Assembly (NCBI GenBank): GCA_046290465.1 | Contig: JBKAGP010000001.1 | Span: 5,280,001-5,344,000, forward strand | Direction: 5' to 3' | From: Planctomycetota bacterium | GTDB taxonomy: Bacteria; Planctomycetota; UBA1135; UBA2386 | Length of the DNA: 64,000 nt | Shown here: piece after piece, positions 54,618 to 63,973 of the stretch | How positions within the stretch are numbered: the first letter of the stretch is position 1 | Layout: each line of letters opens with the position of its first letter | Notes under the pieces: model-generated | The model's database searches: none | What the model was told of the DNA's origin: nothing | What the model saw: only the letters and a program-made list of their open reading frames with translations | Position numbers and translations under genes: made by a program

Positions 54618-55976
54618 TCGCACGAACGTGTGGGGGCCGGTCTGGCGCAGCGTCAGCGCGGCGCTGGCGCCGTCCTGCTGGTCCTGGCCGAAGCCGGCGA
54701 ACGTCACGCTCACGCCCGGATGGCAGACCGGCACCTGCGCCCCCTTGCCGGTAGCCCACCAGGTGGCCTCGGTCGCATCGAGCACGAGCACGTGTCGGGC
54801 CCGATCGCTGGCCAACCCTTCGGCGAGCGCCTGGCCGAACGCGGCGCTGATGCGCGCGGAGCGCAGCGAGGGGGTGTCGGCGTCGGCCACGTCGGCGGTG
54901 CGCGCCAGCAGCGCGTGCAGCGCATGGGCGGCGACCAGCAGCGCGACGCACCGGTCGGTCCAGGCGCTGCGCCAGCGCCGCTGCACGGCGGCGACCAGGC
55001 TCGCGGCGAGCAGCGCGAGGCCCAGCACGGAGAAGTGCGCGTAGTAATCCTCGAGGAACGCCGGCCGCCTGGTGAACGCGAACAGGGCCGCCGCGGCGAT
55101 CCACAGCAGCATCGCGAAGCTGACCGCACGCAGCGCCGGGCGGCCGCCGAGCCACAGCGTGCCGGCCGCGAGCACGGGCGGCCCAAGCACCCACAGGTTG
55201 GAGATCGCATCGCCGTGGTCGATCGTCGGGTGCACGACCAGCACACTGTGCCGCAGCACCAGGCCCATGCGCAGCGGGTCCAGACCGAGCGTGGCGCCCG
55301 TCTCGCTGCCCTGCACGGTCGCGAGCCAGTAGACGGCATGCACGGTCCCGGTGGCGGCGAACGCCAGCAGGCGCCGCCGGTCCGCGCGTTCGATGGCATC
55401 GCCGGCGACGCGCTGCACGAGCAGCGTGCCGACGAACGCGGCTGCGAACACCACCGCGTGCTCCTTGCATAGCAGCGCGAAGCCGAAGCCGACCACCAGT
55501 GGCCAGATCCGTTCGCGGCGATCGGCGAGCGCGACCATCACGGCGCCGGTGCCGAGCGCGCACAGCGGATCGCCGACGCCGGCGATCCAGCCGAGCGGCA
55601 CCAGGTGCACCTCGCAGAGCCCGTAGACGGCGACGCCGAGGCTCGCTCCGAGCAGCGATCGGGTCCATCGGCAGAGCGCGACGAACCAGGTCGCGGTCGC
55701 CGCCGCGTGCAGCACCAGCATCGACAGGTGATGGCCGCGCGCGTCGAGGCCGAACAGCTGCACGTTCGTCCACGGAAACCACCAGGTCGGCAGCGGCCGC
55801 ACGTAGTCGGGCAACGAGCCGGCGAACATCGCGCGGTTCGGGAGCGGCTGCTCCAGCGCCTGCAGCAGCCAGAAGTCGTCCTGCGTGAACGCCGCGTCGC
55901 AGGTGCCGGAGAACGCGAGCGCCGCGACCGCGCCCCACAGGAGCGCGCCGATCCAGACGCTACGGCTGGCTGCCAT
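54612..55976 (-). CDS. Multi-TM GT-C-like protein
   Basis: QDDFW; YVRPL; LFGL; ALLCKE; many TM helices. Confidence 0.7.
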   Translation of the reverse strand: MAASRSVWIGALLWGAVAALAFSGTCDAAFTQDDFWLLQALEQPLPNRAMFAGSLPDYVRPLPTWWFPWTNVQLFGLDARGHHLSMLVLHAAATATWFVALCRWTRSLLGASLGVAVYGLCEVHLVPLGWIAGVGDPLCALGTGAVMVALADRRERIWPLVVGFGFALLCKEHAVVFAAAFVGTLLVQRVAGDAIERADRRRLLAFAATGTVHAVYWLATVQGSETGATLGLDPLRMGLVLRHSVLVVHPTIDHGDAISNLWVLGPPVLAAGTLWLGGRPALRAVSFAMLLWIAAAALFAFTRRPAFLEDYYAHFSVLGLALLAASLVAAVQRRWRSAWTDRCVALLVAAHALHALLARTADVADADTPSLRSARISAAFGQALAEGLASDRARHVLVLDATEATWWATGKGAQVPVCHPGVSVTFAGFGQDQQDGASAALTLRQTGPHTFVRE

Positions 55977-57249
55977 CGGCCTGCCGCGCGACCGGCTCGA
56001 CCTCGATCTCGACCGGCAGGCCGAGCAGGCCGAAGACCTGGCGGTGCGACGACGCGTTGAACGTCAACGTGTTCTGCAGCAGGTGCAGCAACCGCGTCTC
56101 GCCGAACGGGTCGAGCGTGACCGCCGTGATCGTGATCGCGTAGCTGCCGGGGACCAGCAGCGGCATCGCGAACCGGTAGCGGATGTCGACCGCCTCGCCC
56201 TTCGCCGGCAGCGGGATCTGCACGTCGTCCGGCAGGTTGTTGGCGCCGGTGATCGCGATGCCGTGCACGTCGTCGAAGTGGAAGCCGACGATGATGCGGT
56301 CGGCGTCCTCCGCAAGCGTGTTGTTCTGCAGGCGCAGGTCGATCGTGCAGACGTCGCCGCCGGTGACGTGGTCGGTCGGGTCGCCGTCGGCGTCGAGCAG
56401 GCGGCAGCGCACGATCGTCGCCGCGCGCGAGCCCTGGTCGTCATCGGCCGCGATCGGCGCTTCCGAAGCAGCGGCCGTCGCCTTCGGCGTGACGTCGTAG
56501 AACAGGTGGTTGAGGTAGGCGTCCACGACCGGGCTCGGCTCGCCGACCTGCTCCAGCTTGCCGTCGTGGATCCACGCGACGCGGTTGCACAGGTGCTTGA
56601 GCGACATCGCATCGTGCGACACGTACAGCACCGCCACGCCCTGCTCCTGCATCTGGTGGAACCGATACATGCACTTGTGCCGGAACCGCGCGTCGCCGAC
56701 CGCGAGCGCCTCGTCGACGATGAACACCTCGGGGTCGAGGTTGGCGTAGACCGAAAACGACAGCCGCGCGAACATGCCCTGGCTGTAGGTCTTGACCGGG
56801 CGATCGATGAAGTCCCCGATGTCGGCGAACGACTCGATGCGCTCCATGCGCTCCTCCATCTGCTCGCGCGCGAGGCCGAGCATGGCGCCCGCGACGAAGA
56901 TGTTCTCGCGGCCGGTGAAGTCCATGTGGAAGCCGCTGCCGAGTTCGAGCAGCGCCGTGATCCGGCCGCGGCGCACGATCTCGCCGCGCGTCGGCTTGAG
57001 CGTGCCGGCGATCAGCTGCAGCAGGGTCGACTTGCCGGCGCCGTTGCGCCCGATGATGCCGAGGGTCTCGCCGCGTCGCACCTGCAGGTCGAGGTCCTGC
57101 AGCGCCCAGAACTCCGTGTAGTAGCGCTTGTCGCCGCGCGCGAAGAACTGACGCAGGCGGTCGATCGGCTTGCCGAACACCTGGTAGCACTTGCTCAGGC
57201 CCCGGGCCTCGAGCACGTAGTCCGATTCGCTCGCTGGTTCAGAGGACAT
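55960..57249 (-). CDS. wzt: Polysaccharide ABC exporter ATP-binding subunit Wzt with C-terminal domain
   Basis: GRNGAGKST; LELGSGF; YSQGM; DEALAVGD; C-terminal Wzt_C-like region. Confidence 0.92.
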   Translation of the reverse strand: MSSEPASESDYVLEARGLSKCYQVFGKPIDRLRQFFARGDKRYYTEFWALQDLDLQVRRGETLGIIGRNGAGKSTLLQLIAGTLKPTRGEIVRRGRITALLELGSGFHMDFTGRENIFVAGAMLGLAREQMEERMERIESFADIGDFIDRPVKTYSQGMFARLSFSVYANLDPEVFIVDEALAVGDARFRHKCMYRFHQMQEQGVAVLYVSHDAMSLKHLCNRVAWIHDGKLEQVGEPSPVVDAYLNHLFYDVTPKATAAASEAPIAADDDQGSRAATIVRCRLLDADGDPTDHVTGGDVCTIDLRLQNNTLAEDADRIIVGFHFDDVHGIAITGANNLPDDVQIPLPAKGEAVDIRYRFAMPLLVPGSYAITITAVTLDPFGETRLLHLLQNTLTFNASSHRQVFGLLGLPVEIEVEPVARQADGSQP

Positions 57250-58051
57250 CGGCGAAGCCGTCCTCCACGCGGCGGAAGAACGCGTGCCCGAGCGACGTCG
57301 CGAGCACGGTCAGCACGACCAGCCCGCCGACCCAGATCGCGCCCGGCCCGGCACTGCCAGCGATCAGCGCGCGGCTGCTTTCCATGGCGACCGCCAGTGG
57401 GTTCAGCAGCACGAGCGTGCGCATCGACTCGTTCTGGATCTTGTCGACGCTCCAGACGATCGGGCTGAGGAAGAACATCAGCTGCAGCACGACGCGCGTC
57501 ACGTCCTGCACGTCGCGCACGTAGACGGCCAGCGACGCCAGCACCCAGCTGACGCCGAGACCGAGCAGCAGCACCGGCAGCAGCGCGACCGGAACCAGCA
57601 CGACGGTCCAGGCCGGCACGCCGACGAACAGCAGGTGCAGCAGCGCCAGCAGTGCGGTCGAGATCGCTGCGTTCAGTGCGGTCTGCAGCATCACCGGCCA
57701 CGGCAGCAGGTGCAGCGGGAACGCGACCTTGGTGACGTAGTTGGGTCGCGCGAGCACCAGCTGGGAGGCGCGGCCGACCGAGTCGGCGAACGCCTGGTAG
57801 ACGATCATCCCCGTGAACAGCTGGCTGACGAACGCCATGTCGGCGGTGCCGCCGGCGATGTTCAGGATGCCGCCGAACACGGCCGCGTAGACGGCGAGGC
57901 TCAGCAGCGGCTGCAGCACCAGCCACGCGACGCCGAGCATCGAGCCGTTGAACGCGGTGTGGATCTCTCGGCGCGACAGCTCTCGCAGCAGCTGGCGATG
58001 CCGCCAGGCGGAGGTGTAGGGGCGGAGGAAGAAGGACCGGATTGCGCGCAC
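57239..58051 (-). CDS. wzm: Polysaccharide ABC exporter permease Wzm
   Basis: GSMLGVAWLVLQP; NYVTKVAFP; VRDV; FFLSPIVW; NPL; FADVL; start GTG 58051 (or 58075). Confidence 0.92.
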   Translation of the reverse strand: MRAIRSFFLRPYTSAWRHRQLLRELSRREIHTAFNGSMLGVAWLVLQPLLSLAVYAAVFGGILNIAGGTADMAFVSQLFTGMIVYQAFADSVGRASQLVLARPNYVTKVAFPLHLLPWPVMLQTALNAAISTALLALLHLLFVGVPAWTVVLVPVALLPVLLLGLGVSWVLASLAVYVRDVQDVTRVVLQLMFFLSPIVWSVDKIQNESMRTLVLLNPLAVAMESSRALIAGSAGPGAIWVGGLVVLTVLATSLGHAFFRRVEDGFADVL

Positions 58052-58109
58052 GCCGCCGCGAATCCTAGCCCGCATCCCGCCGCAGCACCACGCTGCGAAC
58101 GACCACCGC

Positions 58110-61100
58110 TCAGCCCGAGTTGCGCGAGCGGTACTCGTGCCGCTGCCACGGGCCCCACTTGGACTCGTAGTAGGCCTTGTTGCGCTCGAACAGGCGCCGG
58201 CGGGCCTCCTGGTCGATCTTGTCGAACGACGCCGACAGCTCGTGGTGGATGAACACGTCCTCGGCGCAGACGATCCGGCGGCCGATGCCGCGGACGCGCT
58301 GGCAGTAGTCGTCGTCCTCGAAGAAGCCCTGGCCGAAGTTCTCGTCGAGGCCGCCGACCTGGCGATAGACGTCGAACGGCATCGCTACGCAGAAGAAGGC
58401 CAGCACCGGGATGTCGAAGGTCTGGCCCGCGACCCTGCCGGTCAGCGCCCGCTGCTCGCCGAGCATCTCGTCGACCGACGTGTAGCTGGTCGCGATCTTG
58501 GCCTCGTTGCCGATGTTGTTGGTCACCGGGCCGATCAGGCCGACGTCGGGGTGGTCCTGCAGGTGGTGGTGCAGCGTCCAGGCCCAACCGGGCGTGACCA
58601 CCAGGTCGTTGTTGAGGATCACCAGCAGGTCGGGATCGTGGGTCGCGCCGGCCTCGAGGCCCTGGTTGCAGGCCGCGGCGAAGCCGAGGTTGTCGTCGTT
58701 GCGGATCACGCGCACCCGTGGGTGCTGCTCGATCTCGTCGAGCCAGGCGGGGGTGTCGTCCTGCGAGTCGTTGTCGACGACCACGACGTCGAGTTCGCAC
58801 GCCATCGGGTCGTCGAGCACCGAATGCACGCAGCGTCGCGTCAGCTCCAGACCGTTCCACGACACGACCACGACGCAGACCTTCGGGCGCGGGGCGGCCG
58901 CCACCGCCTCGAGCAGCGCCTCGGCGCGGTGCGCCCAGGTCTGGCGGCGCGCGAACGCCACGCGCTGGGCCATGGCGTCCGGATCGTGGGCGTCCGCCAG
59001 CGCGGCGCGCAGCGCCGTGGCGATGCCCTCGGCGTCTTCGCCGATGCGCACGAACGGCCGCACGTCGGTCTCGATCAGCTCCGGCATCGGCGTCGCCACC
59101 ACCGGCTTGCCGGCGGCGAGCGCCTCGTAGGCCTTGACCGGGTTGGTCGCCAGCGTCAGCTGGTTGATCACGAACGGGATCAGCAGCACGTCCATCAGCC
59201 GCAGGTGCTCGGGCAGCAGCGCGTAGGCCACCTCGCCGGTGAAGCGCACGTTGCGCACGTGCTGCAGGCGCTTCTGCACGCCGGCGGTGTCGTCGCCGAC
59301 CAGCAGGAAGTCGACCTCGGGCAGCGCCCTGGCGACGGCCTCGACCAGGTCGACGTCGAACCACGCCGCGATCGCGCCGAAGTAGCCGACGACCGGTCGC
59401 CGGCCGTCGGGCGGCGCCGCCGTCGCGGCCGCGAAGTCGTCCGGCGCGCAGGCGTTGCGCACCATGTGCACCGAGTCGTGCTGCGGCGCGATGTCGCGTT
59501 CGATGTGGTTGCTGGTGACGATCACCGCGTCGCTCTTGTGCAGCAGCCGCTGCTCGGCGCGCGGCAGGCCGGCTCCGGAGTCCTCGAAGCCGTGATGGTT
59601 GTCCATGCAGTCGTAGATGCGCAGGCACCGCGGCACCTGCTCGACCAGGTCGATCCAGCACGGGTGGTCGACCAGCGCGATGCAGGTCGAAAGCGACACG
59701 TCGCCGAGCAGCTTGCGCAGGCCGCCGATCAAGAACGCGCTGACGACCGGCGGCGGCACGTCCTCGTAGATCGAGGTCGGCCGGTTGGTGTGCAGGCGCA
59801 CCTGGTGGATGCGCGGCCGTTCGTGCACGACGTCGAGCTGGTAGCCGGGCTGGGTCGACGACTGGAAGGCCGGCGACAGGTAGAGCACGCGGTGGCCGCG
59901 CCGCGCCAGTTCGACGGCCAGGTGCTGCGGCCGCTGCGTGCGCAGGTGCCAGTCGATCACGCCGAACACGATCACGTCCGGCAGCGTCGCGTGCGGCGGC
60001 TCGACGTCGGCGACGTGCGGCGGCGCCGGGCGGTTGCGCCAGCGCTTCGCGGCGAGAAAGTCGGCGTATTCGCGCGAGTCCTTCAGGAGCGGCCGGAACA
60101 CCGCGAAGAACGCGACCTTCAGCGGCCAGCGCCAGCGGTCGGCGAGCTTGCTGCGCGCGCCGCGGTTGGCCAGCGCGATCAGCCCCTTGCGGACCACGCG
60201 GGCCGATGCGCCGGGCAGCCGCAGCGCCAGCCGCAGCGGGCCGGTCACGCGCCACGACAGGCTGTTCTGCATCGCCTCGAGGTCGTCGACGGCCTGCGAC
60301 GGTGCGGCGCGCAGCTGCGCGAGTTCGGCGTTGGCCTCGTCGAGCGCCGTGCGCGCCTCGTCGATCTCTTCGCGCCAGCAGGCGACCTGTTCGTTGGCCT
60401 GGTCGAGGCGTCGGCGCAACAGCGTCAACTGCTCGAGGGTGCCATCGCGCTGCGCGACCAGCTGGTCGGCGTAGCTCGACAGGCGCGCATCGGCCCAGGT
60501 CCGGAAGCGGTGCCAGGCCTCGCGCGCAGCCTCGCGCGTCGCGCGGTCGTCGGGGGCGTGCGGCGGCGCCGTCGGCGCATCGCGGCCCGCGATCACGACC
60601 TGGCGGTAGGTCGGCTCCAGGTGGTCGAAGCGCAGCAGCTGCTCGGCGAACCGGTCGCCCATCTCGCGCAGCAGCGGCGTGTGCTCGGCGCGGTCGAGCA
60701 GCACCACGTGCAGCGACAGCAGGTCCTGCAGCCACGGCGTGTGGCCGTTGCCGAAGCGCGCCACCTGCAGGCCGTCGCCGCGCAGCTGCTGCTCGACGTC
60801 ACCCAGCCGCGGCAGGCCGTAGAGTTCGTGTTCGTGCAGCCAGTCGTAGTCGCGGCCGTGCTTGGCGTGGTAGGCGAGGTGCACGATGTCGTCGGTGCGG
60901 CGGGCCTCGCCGACGTCGGCGAACGGCGCGGCGATGACGACGCCGAGCCGGCTCGCCCGGACCATCTGGGCGACGAACCGCTGGCGCGCCTCGGCCGGCA
61001 CGTGCTCGAGCACGTCGACGCAGACCACCACGTCGTAGCTGTCGTCGGGCACCGACGCGGCGTCGAGCGGCTTGCCGACGATGGTGCCGTTGCCGGTGTG

Positions 61101-61313
61101 CTCGCCGTCGCGCGCCTGCAGCAGCGGGTCGAGGTAGGACAGTTCGTGCTCGGGCAGGAACGAGCCCAGCAGCATCGACTCGCCGCAGCCGACGTCGAGC
61201 ACCGTGCCGCCGGCCGGCGCGAGCGCGCGTACGCCCTCGGCGGCTGCGGCATACCGGCTCCACTGGTCGAACAGGAAGCCTTGGGGAGGTGTGGGGCCGG
61301 GCTGGTCGGGCAT
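58110..61313 (-). CDS. Multidomain protein: methyltransferase, coiled coil, GT4-like and GT2 domains
   Basis: VLDVGCG..DVLEH; coiled coil ending SLSWRVTGPLR; QRPQHLA..YDCMD..NPVKAYE; VDNDS..LGFAAACN..LNND..GFFEDDD. Confidence 0.9.
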   Translation of the reverse strand: MPDQPGPTPPQGFLFDQWSRYAAAAEGVRALAPAGGTVLDVGCGESMLLGSFLPEHELSYLDPLLQARDGEHTGNGTIVGKPLDAASVPDDSYDVVVCVDVLEHVPAEARQRFVAQMVRASRLGVVIAAPFADVGEARRTDDIVHLAYHAKHGRDYDWLHEHELYGLPRLGDVEQQLRGDGLQVARFGNGHTPWLQDLLSLHVVLLDRAEHTPLLREMGDRFAEQLLRFDHLEPTYRQVVIAGRDAPTAPPHAPDDRATREAAREAWHRFRTWADARLSSYADQLVAQRDGTLEQLTLLRRRLDQANEQVACWREEIDEARTALDEANAELAQLRAAPSQAVDDLEAMQNSLSWRVTGPLRLALRLPGASARVVRKGLIALANRGARSKLADRWRWPLKVAFFAVFRPLLKDSREYADFLAAKRWRNRPAPPHVADVEPPHATLPDVIVFGVIDWHLRTQRPQHLAVELARRGHRVLYLSPAFQSSTQPGYQLDVVHERPRIHQVRLHTNRPTSIYEDVPPPVVSAFLIGGLRKLLGDVSLSTCIALVDHPCWIDLVEQVPRCLRIYDCMDNHHGFEDSGAGLPRAEQRLLHKSDAVIVTSNHIERDIAPQHDSVHMVRNACAPDDFAAATAAPPDGRRPVVGYFGAIAAWFDVDLVEAVARALPEVDFLLVGDDTAGVQKRLQHVRNVRFTGEVAYALLPEHLRLMDVLLIPFVINQLTLATNPVKAYEALAAGKPVVATPMPELIETDVRPFVRIGEDAEGIATALRAALADAHDPDAMAQRVAFARRQTWAHRAEALLEAVAAAPRPKVCVVVVSWNGLELTRRCVHSVLDDPMACELDVVVVDNDSQDDTPAWLDEIEQHPRVRVIRNDDNLGFAAACNQGLEAGATHDPDLLVILNNDLVVTPGWAWTLHHHLQDHPDVGLIGPVTNNIGNEAKIATSYTSVDEMLGEQRALTGRVAGQTFDIPVLAFFCVAMPFDVYRQVGGLDENFGQGFFEDDDYCQRVRGIGRRIVCAEDVFIHHELSASFDKIDQEARRRLFERNKAYYESKWGPWQRHEYRSRNSG

Positions 61314-61355
61314 CGGTGCGAGGGCGGCCCGGCGCAGCGCCGGGTGCCGCCTAGC

Positions 61356-62645
61356 CTACAGCGGGAACGCGCCGGTGTTGACGCCGCGCCCTTCGAGAGC
61401 CAGCACTTCCGCCAGCTGCTCCTTCTGCTGCTCGGTGACGCGGGCGTAGACGTCGGTGACCAGCGTCTCGTCCGCCGGCGGCCCTTCCTTCTCGGCGGCC
61501 GCGATCGCGTCGTTGACGCGCTGCGCGATGTCGTCCTTGAAGGCAGCCTCCTTGCCGTCGTCCCACAGCCCCTTCTTCTGCAGGTAGGTGCGGAAGCGGT
61601 CGACCGGGTCGCGCTGCTCCCACAGCTTGACCTCGGCCTCGTCGCGATACCGCGTCGGATCGTCGGACGAGCTGTGGCCGAGGCGGCGGTAGGTGACCGC
61701 CTCGATGAAGGTCGGCCCGTCGCCCTTGCGGGCGCGCGCGGCGGCCTCCCGGGTGACCGAATAGACCGCCAGCACGTCGTTGCCGTCGACGCGCACGTAG
61801 GGCATGCCGTAGGCCTTGCCCTTCTGCGCCAGCGTCTCCGACGCGCTCTGCTTGCTCAGTGGCACCGAGATCGCCCACTGGTTGTTCTGGCAGAACATGA
61901 TGCACGGGCTCTTGTAGACCGCCGCGAAGTTCATGCCGCAGTGGAAGTCGTTGGCGCTGGTGGCGCCGTCGCCCATGTAGCCGAGCACGACGATGTCGTC
62001 GCCCCGGATCTTCGCCGCCATCGCCGCGCCGGTGGCGTGGCTGATCTGCGTGCCGATCACCGACGACATGCCGTAGTAGTTGCCTTCCTTGACCGTGTAG
62101 TGGCACGGCATCTGGCGGCCCTTGCAGCGATCGGCGCCGTTGCCGATCAGCTGGTTGATCGCCTCGGTCAGCGACAGGCCGCGCATCATCGCGGCGGCCC
62201 CTTCGCGCAGCGCCGGAAAGATCCAGTCCCGCTGCTCGAGCGCGGCGACCGATCCGACGGTCGCAGCCTCCTGGCCGAGGATCGGGCCGTAGAAGCCGAT
62301 CCGGCCCTGGCGCTGCAGCATCAGCATGCGGCGGTCGAACTCACGGACCTGCACCATCTGCTCGTACAGGTAGAGCAGCGTCTCGTCGGCGAGGTTCGGG
62401 TCCTTGCCGGCGGCGACGCTGCCGTCGTCCTCGAGCACGCGCACCAGGCCCTGCGGCTTGGCGGGCCCGGCGGCGGGCGCTGCCTGCTTGCTGCCAGCAG
62501 GCCTTCCGGCTGCGGACCTTCCGGCTGCGGACCTTCCGGCTGTTGGCTTCGCGGCCGCAGGCTTCCGGGCCGCCGGTCGGGCGGCCGGGGCCTTGCGCGA
62601 CGTCGCCTTGCGCGTCGCCTTCTTGGCGGTCTTCTTCGCGGCCAT
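61356..62645 (-). CDS. 2-oxoacid (pyruvate or branched-chain) dehydrogenase E1 alpha subunit with Lys/Ala-rich N-terminal extension
   Basis: QRQGRIGFY; KGRQMPCHY; GDGATS..N TPP motif; YRRLGHSSSDDP; 1-bp overlap with the E2 stop. Confidence 0.93.
   Translation of the reverse strand: MAAKKTAKKATRKATSRKAPAARPAARKPAAAKPTAGRSAAGRSAAGRPAGSKQAAPAAGPAKPQGLVRVLEDDGSVAAGKDPNLADETLLYLYEQMVQVREFDRRMLMLQRQGRIGFYGPILGQEAATVGSVAALEQRDWIFPALREGAAAMMRGLSLTEAINQLIGNGADRCKGRQMPCHYTVKEGNYYGMSSVIGTQISHATGAAMAAKIRGDDIVVLGYMGDGATSANDFHCGMNFAAVYKSPCIMFCQNNQWAISVPLSKQSASETLAQKGKAYGMPYVRVDGNDVLAVYSVTREAAARARKGDGPTFIEAVTYRRLGHSSSDDPTRYRDEAEVKLWEQRDPVDRFRTYLQKKGLWDDGKEAAFKDDIAQRVNDAIAAAEKEGPPADETLVTDVYARVTEQQKEQLAEVLALEGRGVNTGAFPL
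62502..62542. repeat. 15-bp tandem repeat (about 2.7 copies) in the E1-alpha N-terminal extension
   Basis: ccttccggctgcgga x2 plus ccttccggctg, encoding AGRSA repeats. Confidence 0.75.
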
Positions 62646-63934
62646 CAGCCCAGCAGCATCCGGTACGGCTGCTCGAGGTGGTCCTTGACGACGTTCATCC
62701 AGTGCGCGCCGGTGGCGCCGTCGACCAGGCGGTGGTCGATCGACACCGACAGGTACATCTTCTTGCCGGGCACGCAGGCGCCGTCGCGGATCACCGGGGT
62801 GTCCTTGATGGCGTGCACGCCGCAGATCGCGACCTCGGGGAAGTTGATGACCGGCGTCGCGAACAGGCCGCCGATGTTGCCGGCGTTGGTGATCGTGAAG
62901 GTGCCGCCGGTCAGGTCGTCGACGGTGACCTTGCCTTCGCGCGTGCGCTTGGCGAGGTCCTGCAGCTCGGCGGCGAGCTCGCCGATCGACTTGCGGTCGA
63001 CGTCCTTGATGACCGGGACGATCAGGCCGCTGTCGGTGTCGGTCGCGATGCCGAAGTTGTAGTACTCCTTCACGACGAACTCGTTGGTGACCTCGTCGAG
63101 CGACGCGTTCATCGTCGGGTGCGCCTTCATCGCCGACACGATCGCCTTCATGATGAACGGCAGGTACGTGACGTTGACGCCCTTGTCCGCGTAGGCGGCC
63201 TTGGCCTCCTTGCGGATCTTGACGAGTTCGGTGACGTCGATGTCGTCGACGTAGGTGAAGTGCGTCGCGGTGTACTTCGACCGCGTCATCGCCTCGGCGA
63301 TCTTGCGGCGCAGGCCGCGGAACGGCGTGCGGGTCTCGGTGCGGCCTTCCGGGGCCGGCGGGATCGCGATCGGCTGGAACGCGTGGCCGCCGACCGAGGC
63401 GCCGCCGGCGGCAGCCGGGGTCGCGGTGCTCAGATCGTCGTTGGTGATCCGGCCGCGCGGGCCGGTCGGCGCAATCGTCGACAGGTCGATGCCCATCTCC
63501 CGTGCGCGGCGGCGGGTCGCCGGCGCGGCGAGCACCTTGCCCGGGCTCGACTGCACGAACGACGCCGGGGCTTGCGCGGCGGGGGCCGGCGCGGCGGCGG
63601 CGGCGGGCTTGGCCTCTTCCTTCGCGGGGGCCGGCGCGGCCTCCTCCTTGGCAGGCTTCGCCTCCTCCTTGGCCGGAGCGGCGGCACCGGCAGCGCCGGC
63701 GTCGATCACGGCGATCACCGAGCCGACCGGGACGACGTCGCCCTCGGCACACTTCAGCTCGGCGATCGAGCCGGTGAACGGCACCGTGATCGTCACGGTC
63801 GCCTTGTCCGTCATCACCTCGACGAACTCGTCCTCTTCCTTCACCGCCTGGCCGGCCGAGACCTTCCAGCTGACGATTTCGCCTTCCGCGATGCCCTCAC
63901 CGATGTCGGGCAGTTTGAATTCCTTGAGTGCCAT
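62645..63934 (-). CDS. Dihydrolipoamide acyltransferase (E2)
   Basis: Lipoyl domain EVMTDKATV; E3-binding PATRRRARE; catalytic DHRLVDG. Confidence 0.95.
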   Translation of the reverse strand: MALKEFKLPDIGEGIAEGEIVSWKVSAGQAVKEEDEFVEVMTDKATVTITVPFTGSIAELKCAEGDVVPVGSVIAVIDAGAAGAAAPAKEEAKPAKEEAAPAPAKEEAKPAAAAAPAPAAQAPASFVQSSPGKVLAAPATRRRAREMGIDLSTIAPTGPRGRITNDDLSTATPAAAGGASVGGHAFQPIAIPPAPEGRTETRTPFRGLRRKIAEAMTRSKYTATHFTYVDDIDVTELVKIRKEAKAAYADKGVNVTYLPFIMKAIVSAMKAHPTMNASLDEVTNEFVVKEYYNFGIATDTDSGLIVPVIKDVDRKSIGELAAELQDLAKRTREGKVTVDDLTGGTFTITNAGNIGGLFATPVINFPEVAICGVHAIKDTPVIRDGACVPGKKMYLSVSIDHRLVDGATGAHWMNVVKDHLEQPYRMLLG

Positions 63935-63973
63935 GATTGGGAGATTGGGTGGTGCTGTGCAGTGAGGGGTGGG

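Noticed and set aside
58137..63062. 1641-aa plus-strand ORF
   Set aside because: Antisense to the MTase-GT, E1 alpha and E2 genes; no motifs; expected in high-GC DNA.
61356..63752. Apparent 798-aa E1 alpha
   Set aside because: The upstream part is an alternate frame of E2; the real start is ATG 62645.
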